Positions 46,885 to 56,968 are shown, counted from the first letter of the stretch. The stretch: 64,000 nucleotides of DNA from a virus (IMGVR_UViG_2791355311_000001:1-64000), one strand, 5' to 3'. The notes: generated from the sequence alone by a model not told the origin. A program made the numbers and translations.

Positions 46885-48291
46885 TTAATACCTTTTTATG
46901 TTTTTTATTTGGGATTTTGTTTTTTTATGTTCGCTTTTTGTATTTTCCATAGTTACGGGGTCTATCCCTGTTAAATCCTTTATCCTAGTTAAAATTGCTG
47001 GTATATTATCTAGTTCTGCTTGAAAATCATCGCTATAAGTGCCATTTGGTAGGGTTTTAGCCATTGATTGTAATTCAGAATTAAGCTCACCGCTTAAGAC
47101 TGCTAAAGATGATAAGAAGTTATTTGTAGATGGGTCACCAAACTTTGGTAAAATTCTGTCCATTGCCTCAGCTACCTTATCACTTCTCGCTCCTTTTGCA
47201 AATCTTGTATATAGTGCATTTAACTTATTTTTTAAAGCAGTAGCCTCAATATCATCACTATTTAAGAATTGTTTTATCGCGTTTATAGGCTTGTTTGCTC
47301 CAAAAAAACCGGTATGATTACTAGCTCCTTTTTCTATCATTCCGACGATTGTGCCTAACTCTTTTAAGGCTGTTAGATTTGTCGCCATAGCTTTTGCATT
47401 CTTAGAACTTGCTATAATATTATTTCTATTAAATAATCCCCCTTTGCCTGTGCTTTCAAGCCTTATATAGTTATCTAAAGTTTGCGGGTCTAAATTCTCA
47501 ATAGGCGCTCCATATTTTGCTGACAATGCGTTTCTTGCTCTTTTGTTTCCTAAAACATAGCTTTTAACTGCTGAAAAATTAGCCTCATCTTGTTGTGCTT
47601 GTGCGTTGCTTTCTTTTATTTTTCTTATGTATTCGTATGGATTTGTGTTAAACCCTGTCCCTAATGAGGCTATTTGTGTTTTTACAAGGGTATTAACTGC
47701 TCCGTTTATTTGGTCATCTGTATACCCTTGCTGTTTTAATCGCTCCCTAGTCTTGCTAAGCCCCTCTTGTGATATTCCAAGAGTTTTAGCAACATCTGGG
47801 ACCTCTTTATTTAACCAATCTGCTTGTGAATTGGCGAGTATATTTTCAGTATTGATTTTCTCTTGTTTTTCTTGCTGGTCTGCAAACATTTTCGCATAAG
47901 CAATATCTTTATTTGCTTTAAACTCATTCCACCTAGTCCATAGGCTTTTATCTCTGTAGTCTTTTGTGTTTGCAAATTCATCTTGTTTTAAAGCATAATC
48001 TTTATTCCAATGGTCGTTTTCTACATTAAACTTATTTTGTTTAAAATCACGGTCAAACGCGTTATCGGTGATTGTTTCTTGTAATGTTTTGTTGCTTAAA
48101 TCCTCACTTGCTACATTATGCCTTTTATCCTCATCAAGCTTCATTTGTGTTTGATTTTTTGCAACATTATGCTTATAAATATCCCATAAACCACCACCTA
48201 TATCACCTGTTGCTTCTATCCTCATTCGTGATGGATTGAAATCCACCACTTTAGGGTTATAAAATGCCATAAGGTTTCCTCTCCTCGTCAT
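46885..48291 (-). CDS. Putative internal virion (ejection) protein
   Basis: MAFYNPKVVDFNP start. Position parallels 7965-8738. Confidence 0.55.
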   Translation of the reverse strand: MTRRGNLMAFYNPKVVDFNPSRMRIEATGDIGGGLWDIYKHNVAKNQTQMKLDEDKRHNVASEDLSNKTLQETITDNAFDRDFKQNKFNVENDHWNKDYALKQDEFANTKDYRDKSLWTRWNEFKANKDIAYAKMFADQQEKQEKINTENILANSQADWLNKEVPDVAKTLGISQEGLSKTRERLKQQGYTDDQINGAVNTLVKTQIASLGTGFNTNPYEYIRKIKESNAQAQQDEANFSAVKSYVLGNKRARNALSAKYGAPIENLDPQTLDNYIRLESTGKGGLFNRNNIIASSKNAKAMATNLTALKELGTIVGMIEKGASNHTGFFGANKPINAIKQFLNSDDIEATALKNKLNALYTRFAKGARSDKVAEAMDRILPKFGDPSTNNFLSSLAVLSGELNSELQSMAKTLPNGTYSDDFQAELDNIPAILTRIKDLTGIDPVTMENTKSEHKKTKSQIKNIKRY

Positions 48292-48595
48292 CTTTCCTTG
48301 CTAAAAGGCTAGTGTTCCACGCGTTTGCTAAGTTATTTTGTGCTGTATTTTCTTTATTTAGAGACCTATTAGCTAACATTTTATTATAGTCCCATTGCTC
48401 TTTCATAAGCTTATTATTCGCCCTATTTGCTTTATATTTTGAGTAACTATCGTAAATGTTTCCAGCTGTTCCAAGTGCTGTTAAAAAGTTGCTAGTTCCA
48501 TCTTTTCCACTACCGCTTAGCCACTCTTTTACACTTCCAAAATTATCGCCTATAGTTTTTCCTGCATTTCCTAAAAACTCAAAAAAGCCCATCAT
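48257..48595 (-). CDS. Small putative internal virion protein
   Basis: Similar to 8741-9019. Confidence 0.55.
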   Translation of the reverse strand: MMGFFEFLGNAGKTIGDNFGSVKEWLSGSGKDGTSNFLTALGTAGNIYDSYSKYKANRANNKLMKEQWDYNKMLANRSLNKENTAQNNLANAWNTSLLARKDDEERKPYGIL

Positions 48596-49266
48596 AGCCC
48601 CCTTAACAACTCTTCGCCTATATCAACATTTGAAACACTTTCTCCCCTTTTAATTCGCTCAAATGTATCACTCTTTGCTGTTGCTCCGTTTGTGCCTATA
48701 ATATCATCTGGTGTTTCTTTTGGAGTAGCTGTATTTAGCATTGCTTTTGCTACTATTTTCCAACCCTTGTAGTCTTCACCAAGTAGGTCAATTACTCCGT
48801 TTTCTTCAGCAAACTTTCCTAAATCTTCCGGCTTAATTGTAGGAAACTCTTTTTCAAACATATTGATATTTTGGTTAAATAGCTCTTGTTTTCGGGCTTG
48901 TTCCATCATCTGCTCTTGTTGTGCTTTAAACGCTTGTAACTCTTGCATTTTCTGGTTGTAATCAGACAATCCCAACTCTTTTAACAACGTTTCTCTTTCA
49001 AGTTCAGCTGGTGTTGGCTCTGCTTGTTGCTGTGATTGTTCTTGTGCTTGTTGTTCTTGTGCCTCTTGCTCGTTTAAAGCTTGTGCTAAAGCGTTCTTAA
49101 TATCATCAGGATTTAGCCCTTTTTGCTCTTGTGCCTCTTGCTTTGTTTCTTCTTTACTTTCTTGCCCTTGCTCTTGTGCCTCTTGCCCTTGCTCTTGTGT
49201 CTCTTGAACTTCGCTATCGCCCACTAATTCATTTACTAAACTTGCTAATGCCTCATTCTCTGTCAT
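48592..49266 (-). CDS. Putative scaffolding protein
   Basis: Gln/Glu-rich repeats, downstream of the portal. Confidence 0.65.
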   Translation of the reverse strand: MTENEALASLVNELVGDSEVQETQEQGQEAQEQGQESKEETKQEAQEQKGLNPDDIKNALAQALNEQEAQEQQAQEQSQQQAEPTPAELERETLLKELGLSDYNQKMQELQAFKAQQEQMMEQARKQELFNQNINMFEKEFPTIKPEDLGKFAEENGVIDLLGEDYKGWKIVAKAMLNTATPKETPDDIIGTNGATAKSDTFERIKRGESVSNVDIGEELLRGL

Positions 49267-49393
49267 CTTTATACTCCTTAATTGTTTGTATTAAATTTAA
49301 AATGTGTTTTTGCTTTTCTATTGCTAAAATTCTTGTCCTATCATCATTTGATGAGTTGTTAAAAGTTGCTTGTGCTTCATATAGCAAACTCAT
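49253..49393 (-). CDS. 46-aa protein after the portal (start likely MSLLYEAQ)
   Basis: ATG at 49393 with GGAG upstream. Typical small gene between portal and scaffold. Confidence 0.45.
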   Translation of the reverse strand: MSLLYEAQATFNNSSNDDRTRILAIEKQKHILNLIQTIKEYKDDRE

Positions 49394-49577
49394 CAGTTGC
49401 TCCAATATCGCCCGTGTCAGGGGGTTGTAATATTGGGAGATTTCCTTGTTCGCTAATAGCTCCTGCTCCAATATCGCTAGTTCCTGCTCCCTTGTTAATA
49501 ACATCTTGTAAGCTCTCTTCCTTTCCTAGAAATTCATCAGTATTCTTAACACCATACAACGGTAAAAGCATTCTGAT
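49377..49577 (-). pseudogene. 3' fragment (66 codons) of the prophage 2 portal gene
   Basis: IRMLLPLYGVKN... continues in frame from ...ANGKI once 49584-60319 is removed. Confidence 0.88.
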
Positions 49578-49583
49578 AATCTT
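49578..49583. repeat. Left junction core AATCTT
   Basis: Direct repeat of 60314-60319. Confidence 0.88.
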
Positions 49584-49596
49584 GTATGATTCCCCT

Positions 49597-49820
49597 ACAA
49601 CATTTATAAAAGTTCTACATTCTCAAATCATACTTTTATAAATTGTTTAAACAATGTAAAATGATGATAACTCGCTGTTAATAATTCAAGTGCTTTGACA
49701 CTGTTGGGAAGATTTTAGCGATTATCATCGTTTTTGTTACTGATTAAAATCTTAGTAAGTTTAATTAAAACTCTACTGAATACAAGAAAAGTAACAAGAA
49801 CTAAATTAAATTTTACATTC
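49597..49820 (+). ncRNA. IS110 bridge RNA (5' hairpin, target-binding loop, donor-binding loop)
   Basis: Stems 49602-13/49632-43, 49653-62/49810-19, 49663-76/49717-29, 49732-41/49790-99. Guides match donor and target junctions. Confidence 0.85.
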
Positions 49821-49836
49821 AAAAAAGGATTCACAC

Positions 49837-50802
49837 ATGAAAAAATGTTATTTTTGTGGAGTTGATGTATCCAAAAATACTTTGGATTTATGTTTTTTAA
49901 CAAACAACGATAATATAAAACCTAAATATGAAAAATTACCAAACAATAAAGAAGTATTAAAAGCTTATTTTAATTCATTTATCAGTGATGATATACTTGT
50001 AGTATTAGAATATACAAACAATTATCATATAGCATTGCAAGAAGCATTAAGCGAATTAAAAATAAAATACTCAGTACTTAACCCAAACAAAACATCACAC
50101 TTTTTAAAACACCTAACCCATATAAAATCAGATTTAACAGATAGCTATGGACTTGCTTTATATTGTAAAATGTTTAAGTCCTATATAAACCCATCTAAAT
50201 ATAATAAAGAATATATATTAATTAAAAGCTATAACACTACAAGCGAGCTTTTATCAAAGATAACAACTCAATTAAAAAATCTAAAAAAATCACAATCTTT
50301 AACTTATGATAAAGACATAGAAATAATAGTTAAAGATTTAATAAAACATATAGATAGTATAAAAGAAAAACTTAACAATATAGCTTTTGAACTACTAAAG
50401 CAATACATACCACAAACCGAGCAAATTATAAAAGATAGCAAAGGAATAGGTAAAGATTTAGCTTTAAAACTATTCCCACAGCTACATTTTAACAGATTTA
50501 AAAATGCAAAAGAATTTATCTCTTTTATTGGCTTATCGCCTAGAATTTATGAATCGGGTACAAGTGTTAAAAAAACTAAAAAAATAAATAAAATTGGAAG
50601 CAGCACAATAAGAAAAGCTTTATTTATGTCTGCTTTATCTTGTATCAGATTTAACGATAAATTTAAAACAAGATATAACAGGTTAATAGATAGTGGAAAA
50701 AATAAAAAAGTTGCTATTGTTGCAGTAATGTGTGCGATAGTCCGATTTTTAAAAAGTTATTTTAAAAATGAAACAAATACCTATAAATTTAACACAGTTT
50801 AA
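49837..50802 (+). CDS. IS110-family (bridge) recombinase
   Basis: GVDVSK, LEYT, KSDLTDS (DEDD RuvC-like). GIG, FIGLSP...ESG (catalytic Ser region), KVAIVAVM. 321 aa, intact. Confidence 0.92.
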   Translation: MKKCYFCGVDVSKNTLDLCFLTNNDNIKPKYEKLPNNKEVLKAYFNSFISDDILVVLEYTNNYHIALQEALSELKIKYSVLNPNKTSHFLKHLTHIKSDLTDSYGLALYCKMFKSYINPSKYNKEYILIKSYNTTSELLSKITTQLKNLKKSQSLTYDKDIEIIVKDLIKHIDSIKEKLNNIAFELLKQYIPQTEQIIKDSKGIGKDLALKLFPQLHFNRFKNAKEFISFIGLSPRIYESGTSVKKTKKINKIGSSTIRKALFMSALSCIRFNDKFKTRYNRLIDSGKNKKVAIVAVMCAIVRFLKSYFKNETNTYKFNTV

Positions 50803-50962
50803 AATTTTAAAATCTGTGCTTAATAACTTTAATAACAAAAGGAGTATTACAAGACAAGATATATTAAACACTACAGACATATCAAAAGATAATTTAAGTA
50901 AAACAATTAAAAATGGTTATTTGTTAGAAAACAAATTAAACAAACATTTAAACAGTTTATAA
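50768..50962 (+). CDS. Small winged-HTH-like protein
   Basis: LTQFKILK...ITRQDILNTTDISKDNLSKTIK. Confidence 0.5.
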   Translation: MKQIPINLTQFKILKSVLNNFNNKRSITRQDILNTTDISKDNLSKTIKNGYLLENKLNKHLNSL

Positions 50963-50974
50963 AAGGATGACACA

Positions 50975-51415
50975 ATGGCAAAAGCTACAGAAGCTTTATT
51001 GAACACAGAAAAAGAGCAAGAGATAAAAAATATATGGAATGCTTTAAATCAGAATAACGACTTATTCGAACAAAAGATTAAAGTAACAGGTTTAAAACTT
51101 CAAGAAGGTAAGGAAAAAATAGATAAAGATGGTAACATCTTAACAGATGAGTTTGGAGAGCCGCAAAAATGGGATAACACTTATCGTTTAAGCTATGTAT
51201 CTTTAAATAGTGGTGGCGAACACTCAACAAGAATAACACAAGAACAATATTTAAATTTAAAACTTGATGAAGTATACATCGCTTCTGGCTCTATAAAATA
51301 CGTATTATACAAAGACGCATATAACACAACCCCGACCGTGGTATTTGAAAAATTTACCCCAGCTAGCGAGTTGTTTGTAACGGCAATGTTAAAACTTGAA
51401 GGTTTAAAAAAGTAG
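50975..51415 (+). CDS. Putative single-stranded DNA-binding protein
   Basis: Beta-rich 146 aa with OB-like pattern, upstream of the RCR Rep. Function inferred from context. Confidence 0.45.
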   Translation: MAKATEALLNTEKEQEIKNIWNALNQNNDLFEQKIKVTGLKLQEGKEKIDKDGNILTDEFGEPQKWDNTYRLSYVSLNSGGEHSTRITQEQYLNLKLDEVYIASGSIKYVLYKDAYNTTPTVVFEKFTPASELFVTAMLKLEGLKK

Positions 51416-51520
51416 CGCAAGCCCTGATTTTATAGGGCTTTAAACAAAAGTAAGTGCCTAGACTATCAGTACCTCACACCGTTACAAGCCCCTTTAGATA
51501 AAAAAAGAAAGGACAAAAAA

Positions 51521-51739
51521 ATGAAAACAACAATTTTTAATTCAGATATTGAAAACATATCATCTTTAGCCAATAATAATAAACATACAATGTCTATAGC
51601 CAAAGATATAGCAAATGTTATAAATGAAATAGATAGTTCTGTTTTTGTTAATAATTTAATCTTTCTCTTAAATGATGAGCAAAAAGAGCATTTTTTATAT
51701 CACTTAAAACACTCTATCATAGAAAGTAAAACAAAATGA
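51521..51739 (+). CDS. Hypothetical protein
   Basis: SD AAAGGA; ATGA overlap with rep. Confidence 0.55.
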   Translation: MKTTIFNSDIENISSLANNNKHTMSIAKDIANVINEIDSSVFVNNLIFLLNDEQKEHFLYHLKHSIIESKTK

Positions 51740-53184
51740 TTTTTGATAGCCTAAATTTTAACATTGTTCACCAAGGTATTGATACTTTAGTTTTAGGTAT
51801 TCGTTGCAATGATGAAGAATACTACAAAAATGAGTATTCTGAGTTTATATCAAAAATTTACGATTTAAAAAATCAAGCCCAATTAATAAATACTTACGGT
51901 GAAAAATATATCCTTGATGATTTAGGCTCATCATACGGTAATTTTAAAGTGTCATCTAAAGGCTTAGGTAATTATTTCGGTTTCTTTGAAAACGATGATA
52001 TATTTTGCTTAGTAGGTGATACAAGCTTTAAAAATAAACAAATGTATCATTTAAAAATACAATTTAGAAGTATATTTTTACTTAAATACGGTCATAAAGA
52101 ATGTTATAACCGTGTAAAAGCATTTTTAAATGATATATTCAAAGATAAATTTGATGTTGAAATCTCAAGGGTTGATATTTGTACCGATGTTGCTGGTATA
52201 AAATACACACCGCAGGATTTTTTAAAATTTAGAAGTTTAAAAAGAACAACAAATTACACTCATTCAACCTATAAGCATGATAGCACACTTATAAAAGATG
52301 ATGAAACAGAAACAAATCTTATAAACTTAGAACAAATGACAATTAACAATTTTATGCAATATAACAGATTTGAAGGTATCGCATTTGGCAAATCTCCATG
52401 TATGTTTAGAATATATGACAAAGTTAATCAGGTCATTAAAAAACGTATAAGTAATTTAATATTTACTAAGTGGGAGCTTTACGGATATGATATAAACTCT
52501 AAAAGCAATGTTTATCGCCATGAAATTGAACTTGGTCGCCCCTTTGTTAAAAAACTTATGGGCGATAATGTAACTGATGAAATTTCTTTTTTATTTGATA
52601 ATTTAGGGAAATTTTGGGCTTATGGTTTAAAAATTTGTAAGTGGTATGATTTAACAGATGATGAAGTTAAGAGATTAACAGAAAGCAACATTAAATCAGA
52701 TAGCAAGCGACTTATATATTTTCGTTGTGAAGCTGACACAAACCGCTTGAATTTTTGGGATATGATTAATAAATTTGATGAAGAAAACAACGAAGCTTTA
52801 TATCTTCATAAGTTTATTAATACAAGAGATATTAAAAAAGTAAAGATAGCTTTTAAATCTTTTATATCTTCAGTTTATAGTAATTTAGGTTCATTTGATG
52901 ATAATTTCACCTATGTAATCAATGAAGTTAAAAAAGACCTTGCTATGCAAAAAATATCACTTCATGAATACGGTTTATCTAAAATGTGCGGTAGCTTTAA
53001 TAAAAACGAGCAAATTATTAAAGGTGAAAAATTAGATGTTATAAATCCATTATATCCATCACTTTATCGCTCACTTGATGACTTATTACAAGCTTTACAG
53101 GATATTAGAAATGATGATTATAAAAAAGATATTGAAAAATCTTTAACGGTTTTAAAAAATGATGGATACATTTATGAATATTAA
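51736..53184 (+). CDS. Rolling-circle replication initiator, Rep_trans-like
   Basis: GIDTL, ISRVDICTD, FG.....FRIYDK (catalytic Tyr), RHEIEL. Confidence 0.8.
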   Translation: MIFDSLNFNIVHQGIDTLVLGIRCNDEEYYKNEYSEFISKIYDLKNQAQLINTYGEKYILDDLGSSYGNFKVSSKGLGNYFGFFENDDIFCLVGDTSFKNKQMYHLKIQFRSIFLLKYGHKECYNRVKAFLNDIFKDKFDVEISRVDICTDVAGIKYTPQDFLKFRSLKRTTNYTHSTYKHDSTLIKDDETETNLINLEQMTINNFMQYNRFEGIAFGKSPCMFRIYDKVNQVIKKRISNLIFTKWELYGYDINSKSNVYRHEIELGRPFVKKLMGDNVTDEISFLFDNLGKFWAYGLKICKWYDLTDDEVKRLTESNIKSDSKRLIYFRCEADTNRLNFWDMINKFDEENNEALYLHKFINTRDIKKVKIAFKSFISSVYSNLGSFDDNFTYVINEVKKDLAMQKISLHEYGLSKMCGSFNKNEQIIKGEKLDVINPLYPSLYRSLDDLLQALQDIRNDDYKKDIEKSLTVLKNDGYIYEY

Positions 53185-53476
53185 CAATAATTTATACATA
53201 GCATTAGTTGGTTATCTAATTGAAGAAAATAAAGAAAATAAATATATTTGTATTGATTTAAGGCATTATAGTGTTATAAAATCTTTTGCAAAGCAACATG
53301 GATTTATTAAATATAATAGCTTTGTAGGGAGTTTAAAACGTTATCGTGAATTACAAGAAAAATTAGCAAAAGATTTTGTTATTGCTCCTATTCGTAAGTT
53401 TTTAAGTATTAAAAATTATACCTTTAAAATTAGGGGCGATTATCTATTTATAGTTAAACAATTTACATTATTTTAG
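53159..53476 (+). CDS. Hypothetical protein
   Basis: ORF overlapping the end of rep. Confidence 0.5.
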   Translation: MMDTFMNINNNLYIALVGYLIEENKENKYICIDLRHYSVIKSFAKQHGFIKYNSFVGSLKRYRELQEKLAKDFVIAPIRKFLSIKNYTFKIRGDYLFIVKQFTLF

Positions 53477-53491
53477 AAAGGTTTTTTTATT

Positions 53492-53869
53492 TTGATAAAA
53501 ATTAATAGTATTTCTAGTTTTTTAATTAAATTTTTAAAAGATTATTATCCATATAAAAAAAATATTTCTTTTAAAATTGAAGAAATTAATAGACATTTTT
53601 TAATTATTGATTTTTATTTTAATGAAAGCTATGTAAAAAATGATTTTAGTAATTATATAACTTTTACACATTATTTTATTTTAGATGATAGTTATCTTGT
53701 CTTTCATTTTTTTATTTTTAAAAAAGCAAAAATTCAATCATCATTTTTACAAAATTTTATAATTAATCTTAAAAATGATTTTATTTTTTCTTTCAATTTA
53801 AGAGATTATGTTTTTAATTATGATGAAAATTTAACAAAATACAAAGGAGTTATTTATGCAAATAAATAA
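53492..53869 (+). CDS. Hypothetical protein (very AT-rich)
   Basis: 125-aa ORF with TTG start that fills the operon gap. Confidence 0.4.
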   Translation: MIKINSISSFLIKFLKDYYPYKKNISFKIEEINRHFLIIDFYFNESYVKNDFSNYITFTHYFILDDSYLVFHFFIFKKAKIQSSFLQNFIINLKNDFIFSFNLRDYVFNYDENLTKYKGVIYANK

Positions 53870-54182
53870 AGAAGATATCGCAAAATTTAGCGATAAGGCA
53901 AAAGGTGTTTTCGATGGACTTTCAACAATTACAAGCGTATTTTTTCCACAAATTACTGCGCCAGTTACTGCTGTTAGTAAGGTATTTTCTAAAATATCAG
54001 AACTTGATGACACAGAAGCAGAAAACATCGCAGGTTTATCTGCTACAGCTTTTAAACTTGATGAAATGATTAAACAAGTTGAGAAAGGCGAAAAGATAGA
54101 CATTGAACACTTAAAAGAACTTTCTGAAAACATTAAAAGTATAGATAGCTCTTTAGATAAATTTTACAAGGTTATTTCATGA
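53856..54182 (+). CDS. Hypothetical helical protein, possibly virion
   Basis: SD AAGGAG; amphipathic helices. Confidence 0.6.
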   Translation: MQINKEDIAKFSDKAKGVFDGLSTITSVFFPQITAPVTAVSKVFSKISELDDTEAENIAGLSATAFKLDEMIKQVEKGEKIDIEHLKELSENIKSIDSSLDKFYKVIS

Positions 54183-54844
54183 TACAATCTGTTACAAATC
54201 TGAATCAATTTTTTGAAGAGCCTGCGGATGGTTATTATCTTTTTAATGGAAATATCTATAAAAAAATTGGAGAGATTTCATTATATATTGATAATAATAC
54301 TTATGAAAATATATCTATGCTTAACACGAAATATCGAATAATATTTGTTAAGACTTCTCTTATTACCGCAGTTGATTTAAAAGACAATAAGGACTTTATT
54401 GAATCAACTTTTTTTGATTCTGAGGGTTTTCCTTCTCGTGTCCCTGCGATTTCTTCTTCTGGCTTATCTTTGCCTTTGCTGACTCCGGTAAAATTAAAAG
54501 GTTTTGATTTTTGGTTTTGTATAGCATCTTCTTTTATGCTATACATTGACAATAATACAGAAATATTATGTTATGTTCCAGAAACTTCTTTATTAGATTG
54601 TTTTGGTAAACTTTATAATCTTTCTGTTGCTTGTCCTGCTTCGCTAATTACTGAATATAAAACTGGTGAATTATTTCCTTATTGGTTCTTTTTTAATATT
54701 TATTCTTCTTTTGGTTTGCCATTTAAAAAAGACCATTTCTTAAAAGTTCTTGCCGATAAGAAAGATTTTTTGAGTTTTGAAGAATTTAAATCTTATGATG
54801 AAGAATATTATTCTCTTTATTCTTGGGCTGATTATTTTGAATGA
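54179..54844 (+). CDS. Hypothetical protein
   Basis: ATGA overlap; aromatic, beta-rich. Confidence 0.55.
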   Translation: MIQSVTNLNQFFEEPADGYYLFNGNIYKKIGEISLYIDNNTYENISMLNTKYRIIFVKTSLITAVDLKDNKDFIESTFFDSEGFPSRVPAISSSGLSLPLLTPVKLKGFDFWFCIASSFMLYIDNNTEILCYVPETSLLDCFGKLYNLSVACPASLITEYKTGELFPYWFFFNIYSSFGLPFKKDHFLKVLADKKDFLSFEEFKSYDEEYYSLYSWADYFE

Positions 54845-54902
54845 TTTTATATTTTTTATACAAAATGTTATAATCTATAAAAAAAAGAAAGGATAAAAAA
54901 AA

Positions 54903-56039
54903 ATGCCTCTTCCTGTTGTTGGTATTATTGCTAATCTTCTCCGAACCGGTGCTATATCTGCTTTTGATATTGCTAGTGCTGGTGCTGGTTCTTATGCTTT
55001 AACAAAAACTTTAAAAGATACTGATTTAAGTTCTCCACAAAACACTGGTGATTATATAAATCCTTTAGGTTTTTCAATTGCTCGTAATATTGTTGAGCGT
55101 ATAAATAATTATTCTCGTTCAAGTTCCTCAACAACTGATTTTAATCTTTCAGAAGCTCCTTCAATACCAAAGCCTGAAGATTATATTAACAAGCTCAGGT
55201 CAATTCATGATAAGGATTATACTATTCCCGCACCATCAGCTCCGCAAACTCCTAAGAACAATTTATCTTCTTCTGCTTCGTTTGCTAGTGGTAGCTCTAA
55301 TATTAATGCTGGTAATTCAACAAATCTTATCAGTGCTATTAATTCACAAAATGCTATACTTGCGGAAATTGCTTCAGCATTAAATTCTTTTGTAGCTTTA
55401 CAAGCAACAAAATCTCTTAATATTGCAGTGCCTACACAACAAGCAAGCAAAAAAGGTGGTTTTACACAAACTATATCTACACCTTTACCAAATTTTAAAC
55501 CAAAACCTGAGCTTAACTCAAAATCACTTGAAAAAAGTTTGGATTTAATAGCAAATTTATATAAAAAGTCTCTTGAAAATCCTAGTAAATCTGTAGATTT
55601 AACAGAAGTTACCAAAGCTTTAAATAATATAGCTAAAATAAAACCTAGCATAAAAATGACAATGCCAAAAGACTTATCTATAGCTTTCCCTGAATCAATG
55701 GCTGTAACTTTACCAGCTGATTACGTTGCAAATCAGACAGCTATTAAGGAAGCTTTATCTGGAACCTTTGAAATACACAAAGAACAAGCCGAATACATGA
55801 AAACACCAGCAACAGTTAAAGACCTCGATGGTAACACCATCGCTAAAGCTACTCCAAGAGAGATGTCGCTTACATACGAAGCAACTAGAGCAAGAACTGC
55901 AACAGATGAAAACAATTTTGAACTTGATGAAAATGATATAAATGCTTTATATCCTGCTTTACCGGATATATCTCAATTATTTAAATTTAAACTTGTCGGC
56001 GAAGTTACAAAGGATTATTTAAATGAAACAAATAAATAA
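54903..56039 (+). CDS. Putative DNA-pilot/minor virion protein
   Basis: Gly/Ala-rich hydrophobic N-terminus (MPLPVVGII...AGAGSYAL), Ser/Pro linkers, strong T at third codon positions. Confidence 0.5.
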   Translation: MPLPVVGIIANLLRTGAISAFDIASAGAGSYALTKTLKDTDLSSPQNTGDYINPLGFSIARNIVERINNYSRSSSSTTDFNLSEAPSIPKPEDYINKLRSIHDKDYTIPAPSAPQTPKNNLSSSASFASGSSNINAGNSTNLISAINSQNAILAEIASALNSFVALQATKSLNIAVPTQQASKKGGFTQTISTPLPNFKPKPELNSKSLEKSLDLIANLYKKSLENPSKSVDLTEVTKALNNIAKIKPSIKMTMPKDLSIAFPESMAVTLPADYVANQTAIKEALSGTFEIHKEQAEYMKTPATVKDLDGNTIAKATPREMSLTYEATRARTATDENNFELDENDINALYPALPDISQLFKFKLVGEVTKDYLNETNK

Positions 56040-56220
56040 AAATGATTTAAAAAATAATGATGTCAATAACAACGATGATAGTAATATATTGATTGATATT
56101 ATCGTTATTCTTGTTATTATTGGTATTGCTTACTATTTTATAAGCTCTTTCAAACTTGTTGGAGATGTTTCCCGTGAATATTTGGATGAGCAAAAGGTTA
56201 TAAATAATGTCAGAAACTAA
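56023..56220 (+). CDS. Small single-TM protein
   Basis: ILIDIIVILVIIGIAYYFI. Confidence 0.55.
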   Translation: MKQINKNDLKNNDVNNNDDSNILIDIIVILVIIGIAYYFISSFKLVGDVSREYLDEQKVINNVRN

Positions 56221-56968
56221 GCAAAGTAACACAGCTCGCATTATTGGTCTTGGTGTTGATGAAATGTTTGAAGATTTAACATATTCGGTTGCTTATAACG
56301 AAGTTCTAACAAGACTTAAAAATAGTGGTATGCCTGATGGAATTTTAAACGACGCTATTAATAGTGGTATTAGTATAATGTTTTCGGCTGCTTTAATGAC
56401 TTATATCCAAAAACAAGAAGCTATTATCCATAAAATTGTTGGTATTGCTGGCTCTTTGCTTATTGCTACTCTTACGCCTGTTCGTGCCGGTGCTAAAAAT
56501 CTTTTTAAAAAATTTTCCAAAGGTCGTAAGCTTGGCATGTTTAGTAAAATTTTTGGCGATTCGGATGCTAATAATATATCTTATGGACAAGTTATTGCAA
56601 CGAGTGCTAATTCTGCTTTTAATGCTCATCAATCTTCAAGTAATGTTTTTCAAGCTGGCAGTGTTGCAATGCAACAACGGGAGCATATTCTAAACACTAA
56701 AAATCATCAGATGAATTATGCTAAAGCTAAAGTTGATAGCATAAATCAAACATTATTATTTAAACTATTTACATCTAAATTTACAAGTCAAGACAAAGAA
56801 ATTTTACGTAAAATTACTGGCTCTTCTGAGATAAACATAGAAAATATTAACAAAGTTGCTTCTTTTATGTTTGTAACAGACAGCAACGGCGATATTACAG
56901 GTCTAGCTGAACAATTTACAACTATGTTAAATGGTTTGGGGTATTTTCATAATAAGGGTAAAAAATGA
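56207..56968 (+). CDS. Putative membrane-associated virion protein
   Basis: Two hydrophobic segments followed by a basic patch. Confidence 0.55.
   Translation: MSETKQSNTARIIGLGVDEMFEDLTYSVAYNEVLTRLKNSGMPDGILNDAINSGISIMFSAALMTYIQKQEAIIHKIVGIAGSLLIATLTPVRAGAKNLFKKFSKGRKLGMFSKIFGDSDANNISYGQVIATSANSAFNAHQSSSNVFQAGSVAMQQREHILNTKNHQMNYAKAKVDSINQTLLFKLFTSKFTSQDKEILRKITGSSEINIENINKVASFMFVTDSNGDITGLAEQFTTMLNGLGYFHNKGKK

Noticed and set aside
49837-50802. A plain ~1.3-kb IS110 insertion next to an unrelated element
   Set aside because: The donor guide, core repeat and -35 box all map to 60298-60319, and the portal frame is restored only by removing the full 10.7 kb.
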